DNA of 64,000 bases from positions 2,500-66,499 of the forward strand of contig JADGRC010000073.1 of the NCBI GenBank assembly GCA_017881245.1, written 5' to 3'. The position numbers and the translations under genes were made by a program. Shown here one piece after another: positions 36,697-47,228 of this stretch (positions are counted from its first letter, which is position 1; every line of letters starts with the position of its first letter). The notes beneath the pieces are model-generated. The model worked only from the letters and a program-made list of their open reading frames with translations, did no database searches and was not told the DNA's origin. Origin of the DNA: Pseudomonadota bacterium (GTDB lineage: Bacteria > Myxococcota_A > Polyangia > Fen-1088).

Positions 36697-39402
36697 TCAC
36701 GAGGCCCACCAAAACGACAATTTGGCGAGCAGGGTGTCCACCGCGGGCGCGTTGCCGATCGCGGACAACCGCAAAGCGGCCTGCGATGATCCCAGGAATA
36801 TGTCGGGCGTCTGGGATCGACTGTAAACGATGAACAGAGTCGAGCCCAGGCGGTACTCCCAACGCAGGACCACGTTGACGTTCAACGCGGCCGACTCCGA
36901 ATCCGCGTCGGTTGGCCCGGCGGCCAACGGCGCCAAGTTGGCGGCGCGGACATGGGCGACGCTGCGAGGGGCGCCGCGAAAGTCCGTGTAGTGCTCCGCG
37001 GCAAGGAAGAGCTGGGCGAAAGTCTGCAACGACAAGCGTGGCGTGAATGTGTAGCCGATCCTCAGGGTAACGCTGGCACTTCGCCCCAGCAAACGTCCGA
37101 AGATGCGCGGGTCGGCCGGATTCTCCGAGTAATTCTCGTTCGAGTGCCAGACGAACCTCTGCTCGCCGCTGCTGTACTTGGCCTGGGGCGTGAGCTCCAC
37201 GGCAAACTGCGGCAGCAAACGGAGAATCAGCGGTGCCTGCGCATCCACCGAGACTCCGTTCGCGAGGAATCGCACCTCGCTTTTCAATCCGACACCGAAA
37301 CGCGCGGTCGGATCGCTCACAATATCAATCTTGCCCCCGACGAACCGCGCGCGCTCGAGCGCCGATCCGTCCCTGATCTCCCGGTCGTCGAAATATGAAG
37401 GACCTGCCTCAAGTGACGCTCGAAGATTCCAGAACCCCTTCGTGCGAAAGGCCAAGCCAAGTTCGACAAGCATTCCCAAATCCAGACCATCCAGGTTGCG
37501 ACGCATGGACAAGTCGAGCCGCAGGTGTCGTTCCAGCGTGAGCCGCCCGGGATCCAGATTGCGCAATTCGAGGCCCACCTTGCCCTCGTGCAGGTTCTGG
37601 CGGGCCATGTACCCCAGATCGTTGTACATCAGCCGCCTGCCCAGGCCCGTGTAGATCCCCTCCGCAAGGAAGGTGCGACCGCCTTCCTTGGCCAGTCGCA
37701 CCCAGCCGCCGATGTCGCGGTCCCCGGACCCGATGGAAGTGCCGTCCCACTGGAGCTCGGGGCGACCTTCGCGGACAGCACTTCCGACCAATTGCCCCGA
37801 GGCAACATAATCCGCCTTGGGTGATCGCCAGGTGGCATCCAGGCCACCGACGGTGGCGTCGCGAAAACAGCGGATGCCGGGTGCCACCACCTCTCCCGTG
37901 GGACAGACCCTGCCGGCGCCGGTGTCCTCGAAGCGCGTGGTGGCGGTGGCAACCACGCCGATCTGCGTCCGGGCGCCGATCTCGCGGCGCAGGCGAAACA
38001 CGTTGAACGCGGTCAGGGGTTCGACCGTGTGGCGCAGGGGACCCGTGAGCGGAAGGCCTGCCTGCCGGTCAAAATTCTGGACTTCGAAATCGTTTCGCGA
38101 GGACAGCGCCGACAACAGGCCCACCGTCCAGGCATCACGAAAACGGCCGGAGAACTTCAGCGCTCCGTAGATTGTCGCTGCTCTGGGCACCTCGACCAAC
38201 CGCGCCTCGACGCCGCTGGGGTCATTCCTGAGCATTGGCTCAGACAGGGAACTGCCAAGTTGAATTCGGACGAACCGCTGCCCGTCGAGTGTCGGCAAAG
38301 GCGGCGAACTTCCGATGCGGCGGGAGTAAAGGACGCCAAGCGGCGTCGCGAAAAGGTCCGCGCCCTCCAGAAAGAGTGGCCGCTTCTCTGGATATTGAAT
38401 CTCGTAGTTGTTCAGATTTAGGATCAGTTGGTCGGCCTCGACCTGCGCGAAATCCGGGTTGATGGCGGCATCTAGCGTCAGGGACTGGGTCACGTGGAGC
38501 TTCAAATCGAGGCCAGCCGAGGCGGCCGCGTCGATTCCGTGATTGACAAGGGACGCGTCCGCGGATTGGCGGCGCACTTCCCCGAGGACGAATGGCCGCA
38601 ACTCGACGGTGCCACCGGGCGCCAGGTGCCGCAAATCCGTGAGGCGCCCGAAAAATGGAATCGGCGTCGCCGCATCGCGGGGGATATACGGCCAATCGTC
38701 TTTTTCTTGCGAGACGCCAATGAATCGAGACGCCCAGAGTCCCCAGTCTTGGACCGGCAGGCCAGGCGTGAAACGCAGGACGCGAAAGGGAATGCGCAAC
38801 TCCGCCGACCAGCCCCGAGGCGTCAGGGCCGTCCGCGCTTCCCAGTTTTCGTCCCACTCCAGGCCCCATGTGGTGCCATCGTGCAGGATGCCGTCGGATA
38901 GGACCCCTTTGACGTTCACCGCGAAGACGTACGCGGTACGGGCGTCTCGGCGGCTGTCGATCTCCACCCACACCCAGTCACTTTCCGAATCCTCGTCTCG
39001 GCGGGTCAGGCGACCGACGACGGGGGTCCGCACCTGATCGCAATCGAACCCAAAATAGACGGCCTCGTCGTCGTAGACGACCCGCAAGGTCGTGTGCTCC
39101 GACGGAGGCTTTCCGTCGTAGGGCACCTGCTGGGTGAAATCCGAAGTGCCCGGAGACGAGGCCCACGCCGGATCGTCCAACCGGCCGTCCAGCACGGGTG
39201 GCGACGAAACGCGAACCGCGCCTAGCCTGGGCAAGATCTCCGAAGGGGCGCGCAGAGGGGTTTCAGGGCGGGCCGCCCTCGGCGCCGCGTGAAGGCTACC
39301 GGACGCGACGGGCGTTGATGCCGCACCCTCGGCATTGACGCGGCCTGACTGGCACGCGATCGCGATCAACAGTGCGGCAGCCACCCATGAGCGCAAGGTC
39401 AC
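36697..39402 (-). CDS. DUF5916 / CBM9-like sugar-binding outer membrane protein
   Basis: PVLDGRLDDPAW, WSAELRIPF, INPDFAQVEAD, EKRPLFLEG, VLRWEYRLGS. Confidence 0.88.
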   Translation of the reverse strand: MTLRSWVAAALLIAIACQSGRVNAEGAASTPVASGSLHAAPRAARPETPLRAPSEILPRLGAVRVSSPPVLDGRLDDPAWASSPGTSDFTQQVPYDGKPPSEHTTLRVVYDDEAVYFGFDCDQVRTPVVGRLTRRDEDSESDWVWVEIDSRRDARTAYVFAVNVKGVLSDGILHDGTTWGLEWDENWEARTALTPRGWSAELRIPFRVLRFTPGLPVQDWGLWASRFIGVSQEKDDWPYIPRDAATPIPFFGRLTDLRHLAPGGTVELRPFVLGEVRRQSADASLVNHGIDAAASAGLDLKLHVTQSLTLDAAINPDFAQVEADQLILNLNNYEIQYPEKRPLFLEGADLFATPLGVLYSRRIGSSPPLPTLDGQRFVRIQLGSSLSEPMLRNDPSGVEARLVEVPRAATIYGALKFSGRFRDAWTVGLLSALSSRNDFEVQNFDRQAGLPLTGPLRHTVEPLTAFNVFRLRREIGARTQIGVVATATTRFEDTGAGRVCPTGEVVAPGIRCFRDATVGGLDATWRSPKADYVASGQLVGSAVREGRPELQWDGTSIGSGDRDIGGWVRLAKEGGRTFLAEGIYTGLGRRLMYNDLGYMARQNLHEGKVGLELRNLDPGRLTLERHLRLDLSMRRNLDGLDLGMLVELGLAFRTKGFWNLRASLEAGPSYFDDREIRDGSALERARFVGGKIDIVSDPTARFGVGLKSEVRFLANGVSVDAQAPLILRLLPQFAVELTPQAKYSSGEQRFVWHSNENYSENPADPRIFGRLLGRSASVTLRIGYTFTPRLSLQTFAQLFLAAEHYTDFRGAPRSVAHVRAANLAPLAAGPTDADSESAALNVNVVLRWEYRLGSTLFIVYSRSQTPDIFLGSSQAALRLSAIGNAPAVDTLLAKLSFWWAS

Positions 39403-39526
39403 CGGTGGGCGAGCTTATAGCGCGTCCGCGCGCGCCGACAGTTCTCACTGCCTCACGGCCCTCACGGCCTCACCGCCTCATCTGCCTCGACTGCGTCGCC
39501 CGCCGCGCCTGACAGAGCGCTCGGCG

Positions 39527-39946
39527 TCAGTGGCAGAACATTTCACATACGAGGTCGGCCACGCCGGCCACGCACGCTTCGGTCTCCGCGAGACAGTGGC
39601 CATCCACGAAACAGTGTTGCTCGCAGCCGCAGTAGGAGTCGCCTGTCGGACAGTACCGGGCAGTGCAAGCAGCCAGAGCCTGGTACGTTGTCTGCGCGGC
39701 GGGCGATCCCTCGGCGATGCAGTTTTGCACGCAGGGCTGGTCGACTTCGCTCGCGCAGGAGGCCACGCATTTGCGAATGTCCTGGCAGGTGTTGGCGGTT
39801 GCCCCGACACCCACCCCGGCGTCCTTGGTGGCGTCGAACCCAGGCTTGGTTCCGCCAGAGCAGCCCGCGAACACCATTGTCGCCAGGCTGTAAACCAGAA
39901 GGCCGCGCGACCGGCTTCGCATGCCCCTGACAATCCGGGAGGACAT
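39527..39946 (-). CDS. Small Cys-rich lipoprotein
   Basis: FAGC lipobox; CxxxC repeats; starts just after the protease stop. Confidence 0.7.
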   Translation of the reverse strand: MSSRIVRGMRSRSRGLLVYSLATMVFAGCSGGTKPGFDATKDAGVGVGATANTCQDIRKCVASCASEVDQPCVQNCIAEGSPAAQTTYQALAACTARYCPTGDSYCGCEQHCFVDGHCLAETEACVAGVADLVCEMFCH

Positions 39947-39949
39947 GGA

Positions 39950-41785
39950 TCACCCCCCGCGGGACCGCCGTCGGGCCAGAAGGAACATCAGCGCCGTGAT
40001 CGCGCTCGCGAGCCCCGAGGTCGCCCCGACCCCTTCCGCGTCCATCGAACAAGCACAGCCACCCGTGACCGTGTCATTGAGACCAACCGCCGCGTCGTTC
40101 TCGGTTGAACCAGTGCCGAGCCCAGGGACAACCTGTCCCCCGCTTCCCATCGCTACTCCCCCTGTCCCGACTCCGGCACCACCCGAGCTCGCAATACCGG
40201 CACCGCCGGTCGCGCTCGGCCCCGCGGTGGTTCCCCCCGTGGCGATGGTGGTGGCGCCGCTCGCGCCACCAGTACCAACCGGCTGTACCGTGCCGACAGG
40301 CGTCGCCGTATTGTCCACGCAAGATTCCGGACCCGCTCCAGGACCGGTGAACGGTGAATCATCCAGGCAGGTCGGAGCGGTCGTCCCGCCCACAATCTCG
40401 ACCGTGATGGTCGCCTGCGTGGGGCCCACGGCCGTCGCCGTGATGTTGACACCCCCCGCCGGGTCCGAGAACGTCTGTCCCACCGCGAGCGCCGCATCCG
40501 CGAAACCCGCGGCGACCCCGGTCGTCGTATTGGGTGTCATGTCGATGATGTAGGGGTGGATCGCCCGCTTGGTCGAGGCCACAATATCATTCGCGATGTG
40601 CAGCAAAATACGAGGTGATAAGGCCGTCCCTCCGCCCAATGTCCCGTCGAAATCCAAACCCGTCCGCAGCTCAACGAAATAGTAGTCCAATGTCTCGATG
40701 GTGGCGGCGCCCCCGCCCCCTGAGCGCATGATCGTGCGCGGCTTGGGCGCCTTGATCTGTAGAAACTGAACCCCATCGCAACGCATCTCGAAGGGAAGCA
40801 GGGTGAACGTACCACTGGCTGCGACGTTGACGCCGTTACAACCCCCGAACCAGCCTTGATAGCCTTTTTGCCAGGCGTTCATGTGCTTGCAGCCGCTGCC
40901 CATCGGATCGAACGGATCTCCGTATTCCGATGCCGTACATGTCATCGTGTCGTCGGCCAGCGGCACCCCCGCGCAGCGGATGGACGACGAATGTTGCATG
41001 CCAAAGTTGTGTCCGGGTTCCTGAACCAGGACCACGCACCCGCTGGCGCCGTTGTACCAGGTATCGCGCGACGGTTTCGCGGCGGTGCCCACGGACGCAA
41101 GTCCCGCCCACTTGCAAGAGGCCTGCTTGCTTCCGAAGTACCACAGGTAGTGCTGAAATGTTCCGGGAATCATGGGCCGCAACATATTGGCCAAACTGGT
41201 CGTGTCGGTCGTTGCGCAGGTGGACAAGGCCGACGCTGTCAACGGCCCAAGAACCTGGGTCGTGATGTTCTGGCGGCCATACGAGGCGTACAGGTAGTAG
41301 TTTCGAATCGAGTTGGGGTCGGTCACCATGCGCGCCATAACCGTGTCCGCGGTGATATTGACGCCGCCACCCAGGTCAATCAGCACGAACGCGAACGATC
41401 GGTCCGTGAAGGCGGGTCCCGCGCGCAACGCCGACGTGCGTTCCTCGATCGGGGGTGAAACCACCTGGAACGACGTCACCCGAACGCCATCGGAGGTTTC
41501 ACTGCCCCAAACCTTGAGCTCGACCCCGGGAACCAGGTCCGACATGTCCCGATCGAACAAGAGCGGGCGTTCCGTCCCGGACGGCGCGCGGAGCGCATAC
41601 CGCGTTTCACCGTTGCCGTCGGAATCGTCCGACGTGTACACGGCCAGCTCACCTCTCAGGGAGCCATCCTCGATCTGGAATCCTTCATTGGGACGGCCCT
41701 CTGTGCAACCCGGCAGGACCGCCAACGCGGTGAGAAACGGCGATAGCGCGACGACGGAGGTGATGCGGCGGCGGCCGGTGTTCAT
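39950..41785 (-). CDS. M11 (gametolysin)-like metalloprotease with QEXXH motif and MYXO-CTERM
   Basis: CKWAGLA, QEPGHNFGMQH, EYGDPFDPMG, YFVELR; GGCAC...ARRRSR tail. Confidence 0.8.
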   Translation of the reverse strand: MNTGRRRITSVVALSPFLTALAVLPGCTEGRPNEGFQIEDGSLRGELAVYTSDDSDGNGETRYALRAPSGTERPLLFDRDMSDLVPGVELKVWGSETSDGVRVTSFQVVSPPIEERTSALRAGPAFTDRSFAFVLIDLGGGVNITADTVMARMVTDPNSIRNYYLYASYGRQNITTQVLGPLTASALSTCATTDTTSLANMLRPMIPGTFQHYLWYFGSKQASCKWAGLASVGTAAKPSRDTWYNGASGCVVLVQEPGHNFGMQHSSSIRCAGVPLADDTMTCTASEYGDPFDPMGSGCKHMNAWQKGYQGWFGGCNGVNVAASGTFTLLPFEMRCDGVQFLQIKAPKPRTIMRSGGGGAATIETLDYYFVELRTGLDFDGTLGGGTALSPRILLHIANDIVASTKRAIHPYIIDMTPNTTTGVAAGFADAALAVGQTFSDPAGGVNITATAVGPTQATITVEIVGGTTAPTCLDDSPFTGPGAGPESCVDNTATPVGTVQPVGTGGASGATTIATGGTTAGPSATGGAGIASSGGAGVGTGGVAMGSGGQVVPGLGTGSTENDAAVGLNDTVTGGCACSMDAEGVGATSGLASAITALMFLLARRRSRGG

Positions 41786-41905
41786 GATGGGACCTCGTCA
41801 GCGAACTGCTCGTCGGGCGGCGTTTATCCTACAAGCGCACACATACAAGCCCTTCCCCAAAGTTACGCGCGTTCGTTCGCTCGTTAGAGACGCTGACCCA
41901 CTTAA

Positions 41906-41923
41906 TTGGATCAGTCAATCCAA
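41906..41923. promoter_or_regulatory. Palindromic operator candidate
   Basis: TTGGAT-N6-ATCCAA in the AT-rich region upstream of the protease. Confidence 0.35.
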
Positions 41924-41952
41924 CACATCGGCGGATGATCGAAAAAATCACG

Positions 41953-42972
41953 TCAAAAAGCGTAAGGGGCGGTCCAGACGCCCGTGTCCGTGACCACCGC
42001 CGTGACCAAACGCGCGGGGGTAACGTCGAACACGGGGTTTCGTGCGCCCACACCGTCGGGCAACACGCGACGTCCCTCGATGCTCGCGACTTCCTCGACG
42101 TCCCGGAGCTCGATGGGAATCTCGGCTCCATTTTCTGTCGAGCGGTCAACGGTCGTCTGTGGCGCCGCGACGTAGAAGGGAACTCCGAAGGTGGAGGCCG
42201 CGGCCGCCAGCCCCACGGTGCCGATCTTGTTCGCGACGTCGCCATTTCGAGCGATGCGATCCGCGCCAACGACGACCGCGGCGATCTCGCCCCGCGACAG
42301 AAAGTGCGCCGCCGCGCCGTCGATGATCACCTCGACCGGTATTCCATCCTGTGCCAATTCCCACGTCGTCAGACGCGCTCCCTGCAGCCACGGTCGCGTT
42401 TCGTCGCACAACACGGAAATTCGTTTTCCCGCCGCGACCGCCGCGCGCACGATGCCCAATGCCGTTCCGTAGCCCGCGGTGGCCAACCCACCGGCGTTGC
42501 AATGGGTGAGAATGGTTCCTTCGGCGGGCAGCAAGGCAGCGCCGCGGTTGCCGATCTCGCGGCACGCGGCGAGGTCTTCCTTCCAGATCAGTTGCGCCTC
42601 GACCACGGGATCGCGCTCCATGGTCAACGCGTTGGCCATCCTGTGCACGGCCACTGCCAGATTTGCGGCGGTCGGTCTTGCCTCCACGATCGCGCGCATC
42701 CGGCGGCGCAACTCGACCGACGGGAGTCCCAGCCGGGCCATGAGAGCGACGGCAAAGGCCCCGGCGCAACCGATTGCCGGGGCGCCGCGCACCTCCATCT
42801 CGCGAATGGCCCGAACGATATCGTCCGCGTCATCGTAGCCCGTCCAGACCTCTTCGTGGGGCAGACGGCGCTGGTCGAGCAGCACCACGCGATCGTGAAG
42901 CCAAAATACCGGCGACAGGACGTCCGGATGCCCGGGCGGTCGTTGCCGGGGACCTAGTCGGACCGCCGCCAT
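41953..42972 (-). CDS. mtnA: Methylthioribose-1-phosphate isomerase
   Basis: LLDQRRLP, VRGAPAIG, LTHCNAGGLAT, ETRPWLQGARLT, ANKIGT, NPVFDVTP. Confidence 0.96.
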   Translation of the reverse strand: MAAVRLGPRQRPPGHPDVLSPVFWLHDRVVLLDQRRLPHEEVWTGYDDADDIVRAIREMEVRGAPAIGCAGAFAVALMARLGLPSVELRRRMRAIVEARPTAANLAVAVHRMANALTMERDPVVEAQLIWKEDLAACREIGNRGAALLPAEGTILTHCNAGGLATAGYGTALGIVRAAVAAGKRISVLCDETRPWLQGARLTTWELAQDGIPVEVIIDGAAAHFLSRGEIAAVVVGADRIARNGDVANKIGTVGLAAAASTFGVPFYVAAPQTTVDRSTENGAEIPIELRDVEEVASIEGRRVLPDGVGARNPVFDVTPARLVTAVVTDTGVWTAPYAF

Positions 42973-43015
42973 GTAGCGGATCCTAGCCTGTTTCAAGCGG
43001 AGGCGTCTACATCGA

Positions 43016-43071
43016 GTCCAGCGGGACCAGCGGGACCAGCGGGGTTTCAGCGGGTTCCAGCGCGGCCAGCC
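43016..43071. repeat. Short 9-11-bp tandem repeat (CAGCG core) between divergent genes
   Basis: CCAGCGGGA x2 plus four degenerate copies. Confidence 0.65.
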
Positions 43072-43164
43072 ACGGAGCGGCGTCGTCGAAAACATCTCCA
43101 CCGGCACGGTCCGCGCAACGGATGTGATTGACAGCGGACCGAATCGCGCCGTGAATGGTACACT

Positions 43165-44178
43165 ATGAGGCACGCGTTCCACGGAACCTCGCGCGGCGGG
43201 TTCCTGGCGGTGATCGCGTTGGCTGGTTGTCTGGTCGACAGGTCCGGTCTGGGCCTGAGCAGCGGTGCCGGGGGAACCGTTGGCGTGGGGATTCTCGCTG
43301 ATTCGTCGGGCAGGAGCGGCGGAGGTTCCGGCAACGCGGTCGACCGAGGCGGGATGGCAAGCGGCGGCGGACCGAGTTCGATCGGCACCGGAGGAACCCG
43401 AACGATGGGTGATTCATCGGACGTGGACGCCGGAGGTCCGACGGACATGCGAGACCCGTTGGTCGGAGCTGGTGGCGTCGCCGAACCGCAAGCCTCCGCC
43501 GGAGGGATGGGGGCAGGCGGACCAGGTACCGGGGGAATCGGAGGTCCTGTGCCAGCGATGGACGGCGCGGGGGGAGCCGCCCTGTCGAAGGCGTGCACGA
43601 CCTGCGCGCGGGCGGGGGGCGCTTGTGAACCAACGACGGGCGCATGCGCTTTTGATTGCTCCGGTCCCGGAGCCTGTGGCGCCGCGATCAAGTGCCCCTC
43701 GGGGATTCCCTGTCACATCACCTGCGGGGCATCCGCGTGCGGGAGCGACGTCGATTGTTCCGGAGCCACGGGCTGCGAGATCGCGTGTGCGGGAGACCGA
43801 TCGTGTGCTGGTAACATCCGCTGTGCCGGGACTGCGTGCGTCCTGTCGTGCGCGGGCCCATCATCATGCGCCGGAACGATCGCGGGAAACGCCGCCACGG
43901 CAACCATCTCGTGCACGGGCGACGACAGCTGCGGGGGCGCCATCCAGTGTCACGGAAATCAGACACAACTGGAATGTTCGGGCCGATCGTCGTGCAAGGG
44001 CGCGATCATGAGCGACGCGGCGAAGATCGTCGTGGCCTGCGGGGGGGCCGCGTCGTGCGCGGCAGCGATCTCGTGCGGCGGCGCCTCCTGCGGTATCACC
44101 TGCGGCGGCGCGGGCAGTTGTGCGAAGTCCGTCTGCTGCAACGCCGCCATCTGTGGCAATCCGCGAATGTGTAAGTGA
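43165..44178 (+). CDS. Gly-rich/Cys-rich repeat lipoprotein
   Basis: LAGC lipobox; repeated CxGxxSCxxxIxC units. Confidence 0.75.
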   Translation: MRHAFHGTSRGGFLAVIALAGCLVDRSGLGLSSGAGGTVGVGILADSSGRSGGGSGNAVDRGGMASGGGPSSIGTGGTRTMGDSSDVDAGGPTDMRDPLVGAGGVAEPQASAGGMGAGGPGTGGIGGPVPAMDGAGGAALSKACTTCARAGGACEPTTGACAFDCSGPGACGAAIKCPSGIPCHITCGASACGSDVDCSGATGCEIACAGDRSCAGNIRCAGTACVLSCAGPSSCAGTIAGNAATATISCTGDDSCGGAIQCHGNQTQLECSGRSSCKGAIMSDAAKIVVACGGAASCAAAISCGGASCGITCGGAGSCAKSVCCNAAICGNPRMCK

Positions 44179-44205
44179 ACCGCTCGCGGATCCGCACGTC
44201 CGAGG

Positions 44206-45714
44206 TCAGTTACCTTGCAGAAATTTCCTGAGGATCTCGTTTACTCCCCGGGGATTGGCCTTGCCGCCGGTCTCTTTCATCACGGCACCAACAAAGAATC
44301 CTATCAACTTGCCCTCACCCGCCCGGTACCGCGCGATCTCGGCGGGATGCGCGTCAAGCACGCGGCGACAAGCCTCCTGCAGAGTGCCGCTGTCGGACAC
44401 TTGGGCCAGGCCCTCCGCCGCGACGATGTCCGCCGCCCTACGGCGCTCGGTCCACATGCGCGCGAAGACCTCCTTGCCCTGCTTTCCCGACAGCACGCCC
44501 GATTCGACCAAGGCCACCAGTTCGACCAGCGCCGACGGGAGCACGGGCAAGTCCCCGGCACCTAGGCGGCGTGGATCGTCCACGCGTGCCAAGACCTCGT
44601 TGATCAACCAGTTGGCCACCTTCTTCGCCGTGACACCGATGGTCGCTCCGACCGTCACGGCAGCGTCGAAATAGTCGGCGATCTCTCTTTCGCCGACCAG
44701 GACCCCCGCATCTTGTGGGGACAGGCCGCCCGAGCCCGTGTATCGGTCAAACCGATCCTCAGGAATCTCGGGCAGCGAAGCCCGCGCGTCGGCTAAAAAT
44801 TTTTCATCGATCACCAACGGAGGCAGATCCGGCTCGGGGAAATACCGGTAGTCGTGCGCCTGCTCTTTTGAGCGCATCGAGATCGTGACTCCGTTCGCCG
44901 CGTCCCACAGGCGCGTCTCCTGGACGACCCGAAGGCCGCGATCCAGCAACGCCGCTTGCCGCCGCACCTCGTGTTCGATCGCGTCGCGCACGTTCTTGAA
45001 CGAATTGATGTTCTTGAGCTCGGCCTTCGTCCCCAGCTTCGTCTCGCCCCGCAGGCGCAAAGACACGTTCGCATCGCAGCGAAGCGACCCTTCCTCCATA
45101 TTCCCGTCGCAAATGCCCAACGTTCGCACAAGCGCCCGCAGGGCCCGCACGTACTCCGCGGCCTCTTCCGCCGAGCGCACGTCCGGCTCGCTGACTATCT
45201 CGCACAGACCGACACCGGAACGGTTGTAGTCGACGAAGCTGAAGCCGCCCGCCGCGTGGACGCTTTTTCCCGCGTCCTCTTCCAGGTGAATCCGGACCAA
45301 ACGGACCTTCTTGGTTTCTCCGCGCACGCGAAACCTGACGATGCCCCCTTCGCAGATCGGCTCGTCGAACTGCGACAGCTGAAAGCCCTTCGGCATGTCG
45401 GGGTAGAAGAAATGCTTACGCGCGAAACGGCATCGCCCGCGGATGCGACTGCCAACCGCCAGCCCCAGGCGGACGGCCGCGCGCACGACCGCCTCGTTCA
45501 GAACCGGCAGCGTGCCCGGCATTCCCAGGCACACGGGATCCGTGGCGGCGTTCGGCTCGGCGCCGTACGCAGACGACGACCAGGAGAATATCTTGCTGCG
45601 CGTGGTGAGCTGCGCATGCACCTCCAGCCCGATGACGATCTCGTATTTTCCGAAGCCCGTTGCGGGTTCGCCGGCGTCAGGCAAAGTCGAATATCCCGGG
45701 GTTGCGTCGTTCAC
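44206..45714 (-). CDS. gatB: Asp/Glu-tRNA amidotransferase subunit B
   Basis: IGLEVHAQL, RIHLEEDAGK, GSLRCDANVS, YRYFPEPDL; GTG start overlapping gatA stop. Confidence 0.97.
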   Translation of the reverse strand: MNDATPGYSTLPDAGEPATGFGKYEIVIGLEVHAQLTTRSKIFSWSSSAYGAEPNAATDPVCLGMPGTLPVLNEAVVRAAVRLGLAVGSRIRGRCRFARKHFFYPDMPKGFQLSQFDEPICEGGIVRFRVRGETKKVRLVRIHLEEDAGKSVHAAGGFSFVDYNRSGVGLCEIVSEPDVRSAEEAAEYVRALRALVRTLGICDGNMEEGSLRCDANVSLRLRGETKLGTKAELKNINSFKNVRDAIEHEVRRQAALLDRGLRVVQETRLWDAANGVTISMRSKEQAHDYRYFPEPDLPPLVIDEKFLADARASLPEIPEDRFDRYTGSGGLSPQDAGVLVGEREIADYFDAAVTVGATIGVTAKKVANWLINEVLARVDDPRRLGAGDLPVLPSALVELVALVESGVLSGKQGKEVFARMWTERRRAADIVAAEGLAQVSDSGTLQEACRRVLDAHPAEIARYRAGEGKLIGFFVGAVMKETGGKANPRGVNEILRKFLQGN

Positions 45715-47228
45715 GGCGCACCTTCGACCGGCACCACTGGATCCGCCGGCAATCGTCTGTGCCAATCCGTCCGCGCCTCGTACGCCCCGGCCGCGCGAAA
45801 CAGGGCCTCCTCTCCGAGGGGCGGAGCGATGATCTGCAACCCGACAGGCAAATTCGCACGCGTGAATCCGCAACACTGGGACGACGCGGGCACACCGGCC
45901 AGATTCGGCGCGACCGTCATCACGTCGGCCAAGTACATCTGCAGCGGGTCCTCGGTCTTCTCCCCGAACTTGAACGCGGGAACCGGCGACGTAGGCGTGA
46001 CCAGAACGTCGCAAAGCGAAAACGCGGCAGCGAAGTCGTCGGCGACCTTGCGGCGAGCCTTCAGCGCCTGGTTGTAATACGCGTCGTAATATCCGGAGCG
46101 CAGCACGTATGTCCCGAGCATGATCCGGCGCTTGGGTTCCGGGCCGAAGCCTTCGCCGCGCGTGAGGGTGTAAAGCTCATCGAGCGATCGCGCGTCCGGG
46201 GTTCTGTAGCCATAGCGGATGCCGTCGTACCGCGCGAGGTTCGACGACGCCTCCGCCGTGCAGATGAGGTAGTACGTCGCGATTGCGTATTTCGTGTGGG
46301 GCAGCGAGACCGGCACGATCTTGGCGCCCGCGCGCCCGAATTCGTCGACGGCGGCGCGCACCGCGCCCTCGATCTCGGGATCCATGCCGGCGCCGAAGTA
46401 TTCGGCCGGAACCCCCACGCGCAGGCCGGCAACACCGGCGCGGGCGGCTTCACGATAACGGCCGACCGGGGAAGGCACGCTGGTCGCGTCGCGCGGATCG
46501 AGACCAGCAATCACCTCGAGCAACGCCGCCGCGTCATCCACCGTGCGGCCGAAGGGTCCCGGGTGATCCAACGACGAGGCAAAGGCAATCACGCCAAAGC
46601 GAGACACACGCCCGTAAGTCGGCTTCACGCCGACCACCCCGCACATGGCCGCCGGCTGCCGGATCGAACCGCCTGTATCTGTCCCAAGCGATCCCGCGCA
46701 AAGCGAAGCGGCCACGGCCGCCGCCGAGCCACCCGAGGATCCGCCCGGAACATGCGCCAGCGACCAGGGGTTCCGGACTGGCCCACGCGAACTGTTCTCG
46801 GTCGACGATCCCATCGCGAATTCGTCCATGTTCAGCTTGCCAAGCATCACCGCACCCGCGTCCGCAAGCCGTTGCGATGCCGTCGATTCATAGGGCGGCA
46901 CGAAACCGCGCAAGATCTTCGAACCGCACGTGGTCTCGATTCCACGGGTCACGAAGATGTCCTTAAGCGCGATCGGAACGCCCGCAAGCGGTCCGACGTC
47001 CTCGCCAGCGGCGATCCTCCGATCAATATCGTCCGCCCGCCGCCGCGCCCCCTCGCTGTCCACCAGCAGGAACGCCCCAAGCGCGCGGTCGAGGCGTGCC
47101 ACGCGGTCGAGATACGCCTCGGTCAAGTCGCGCGCCTTGAACTTGCGGGCACGCACCCCCTCGGCCAGCCGCGCGATGCCGGCGCCCCGAACGTCGCGCG
47201 CGTCTACGGCGTCGCTCGGCAATTCCAC
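45711..47228 (-). CDS. gatA: Asp/Glu-tRNA amidotransferase subunit A
   Basis: GGSSGGSA, GTDTGGSIRQP, SSNLARYDG. Confidence 0.97.
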   Translation of the reverse strand: MELPSDAVDARDVRGAGIARLAEGVRARKFKARDLTEAYLDRVARLDRALGAFLLVDSEGARRRADDIDRRIAAGEDVGPLAGVPIALKDIFVTRGIETTCGSKILRGFVPPYESTASQRLADAGAVMLGKLNMDEFAMGSSTENSSRGPVRNPWSLAHVPGGSSGGSAAAVAASLCAGSLGTDTGGSIRQPAAMCGVVGVKPTYGRVSRFGVIAFASSLDHPGPFGRTVDDAAALLEVIAGLDPRDATSVPSPVGRYREAARAGVAGLRVGVPAEYFGAGMDPEIEGAVRAAVDEFGRAGAKIVPVSLPHTKYAIATYYLICTAEASSNLARYDGIRYGYRTPDARSLDELYTLTRGEGFGPEPKRRIMLGTYVLRSGYYDAYYNQALKARRKVADDFAAAFSLCDVLVTPTSPVPAFKFGEKTEDPLQMYLADVMTVAPNLAGVPASSQCCGFTRANLPVGLQIIAPPLGEEALFRAAGAYEARTDWHRRLPADPVVPVEGAP

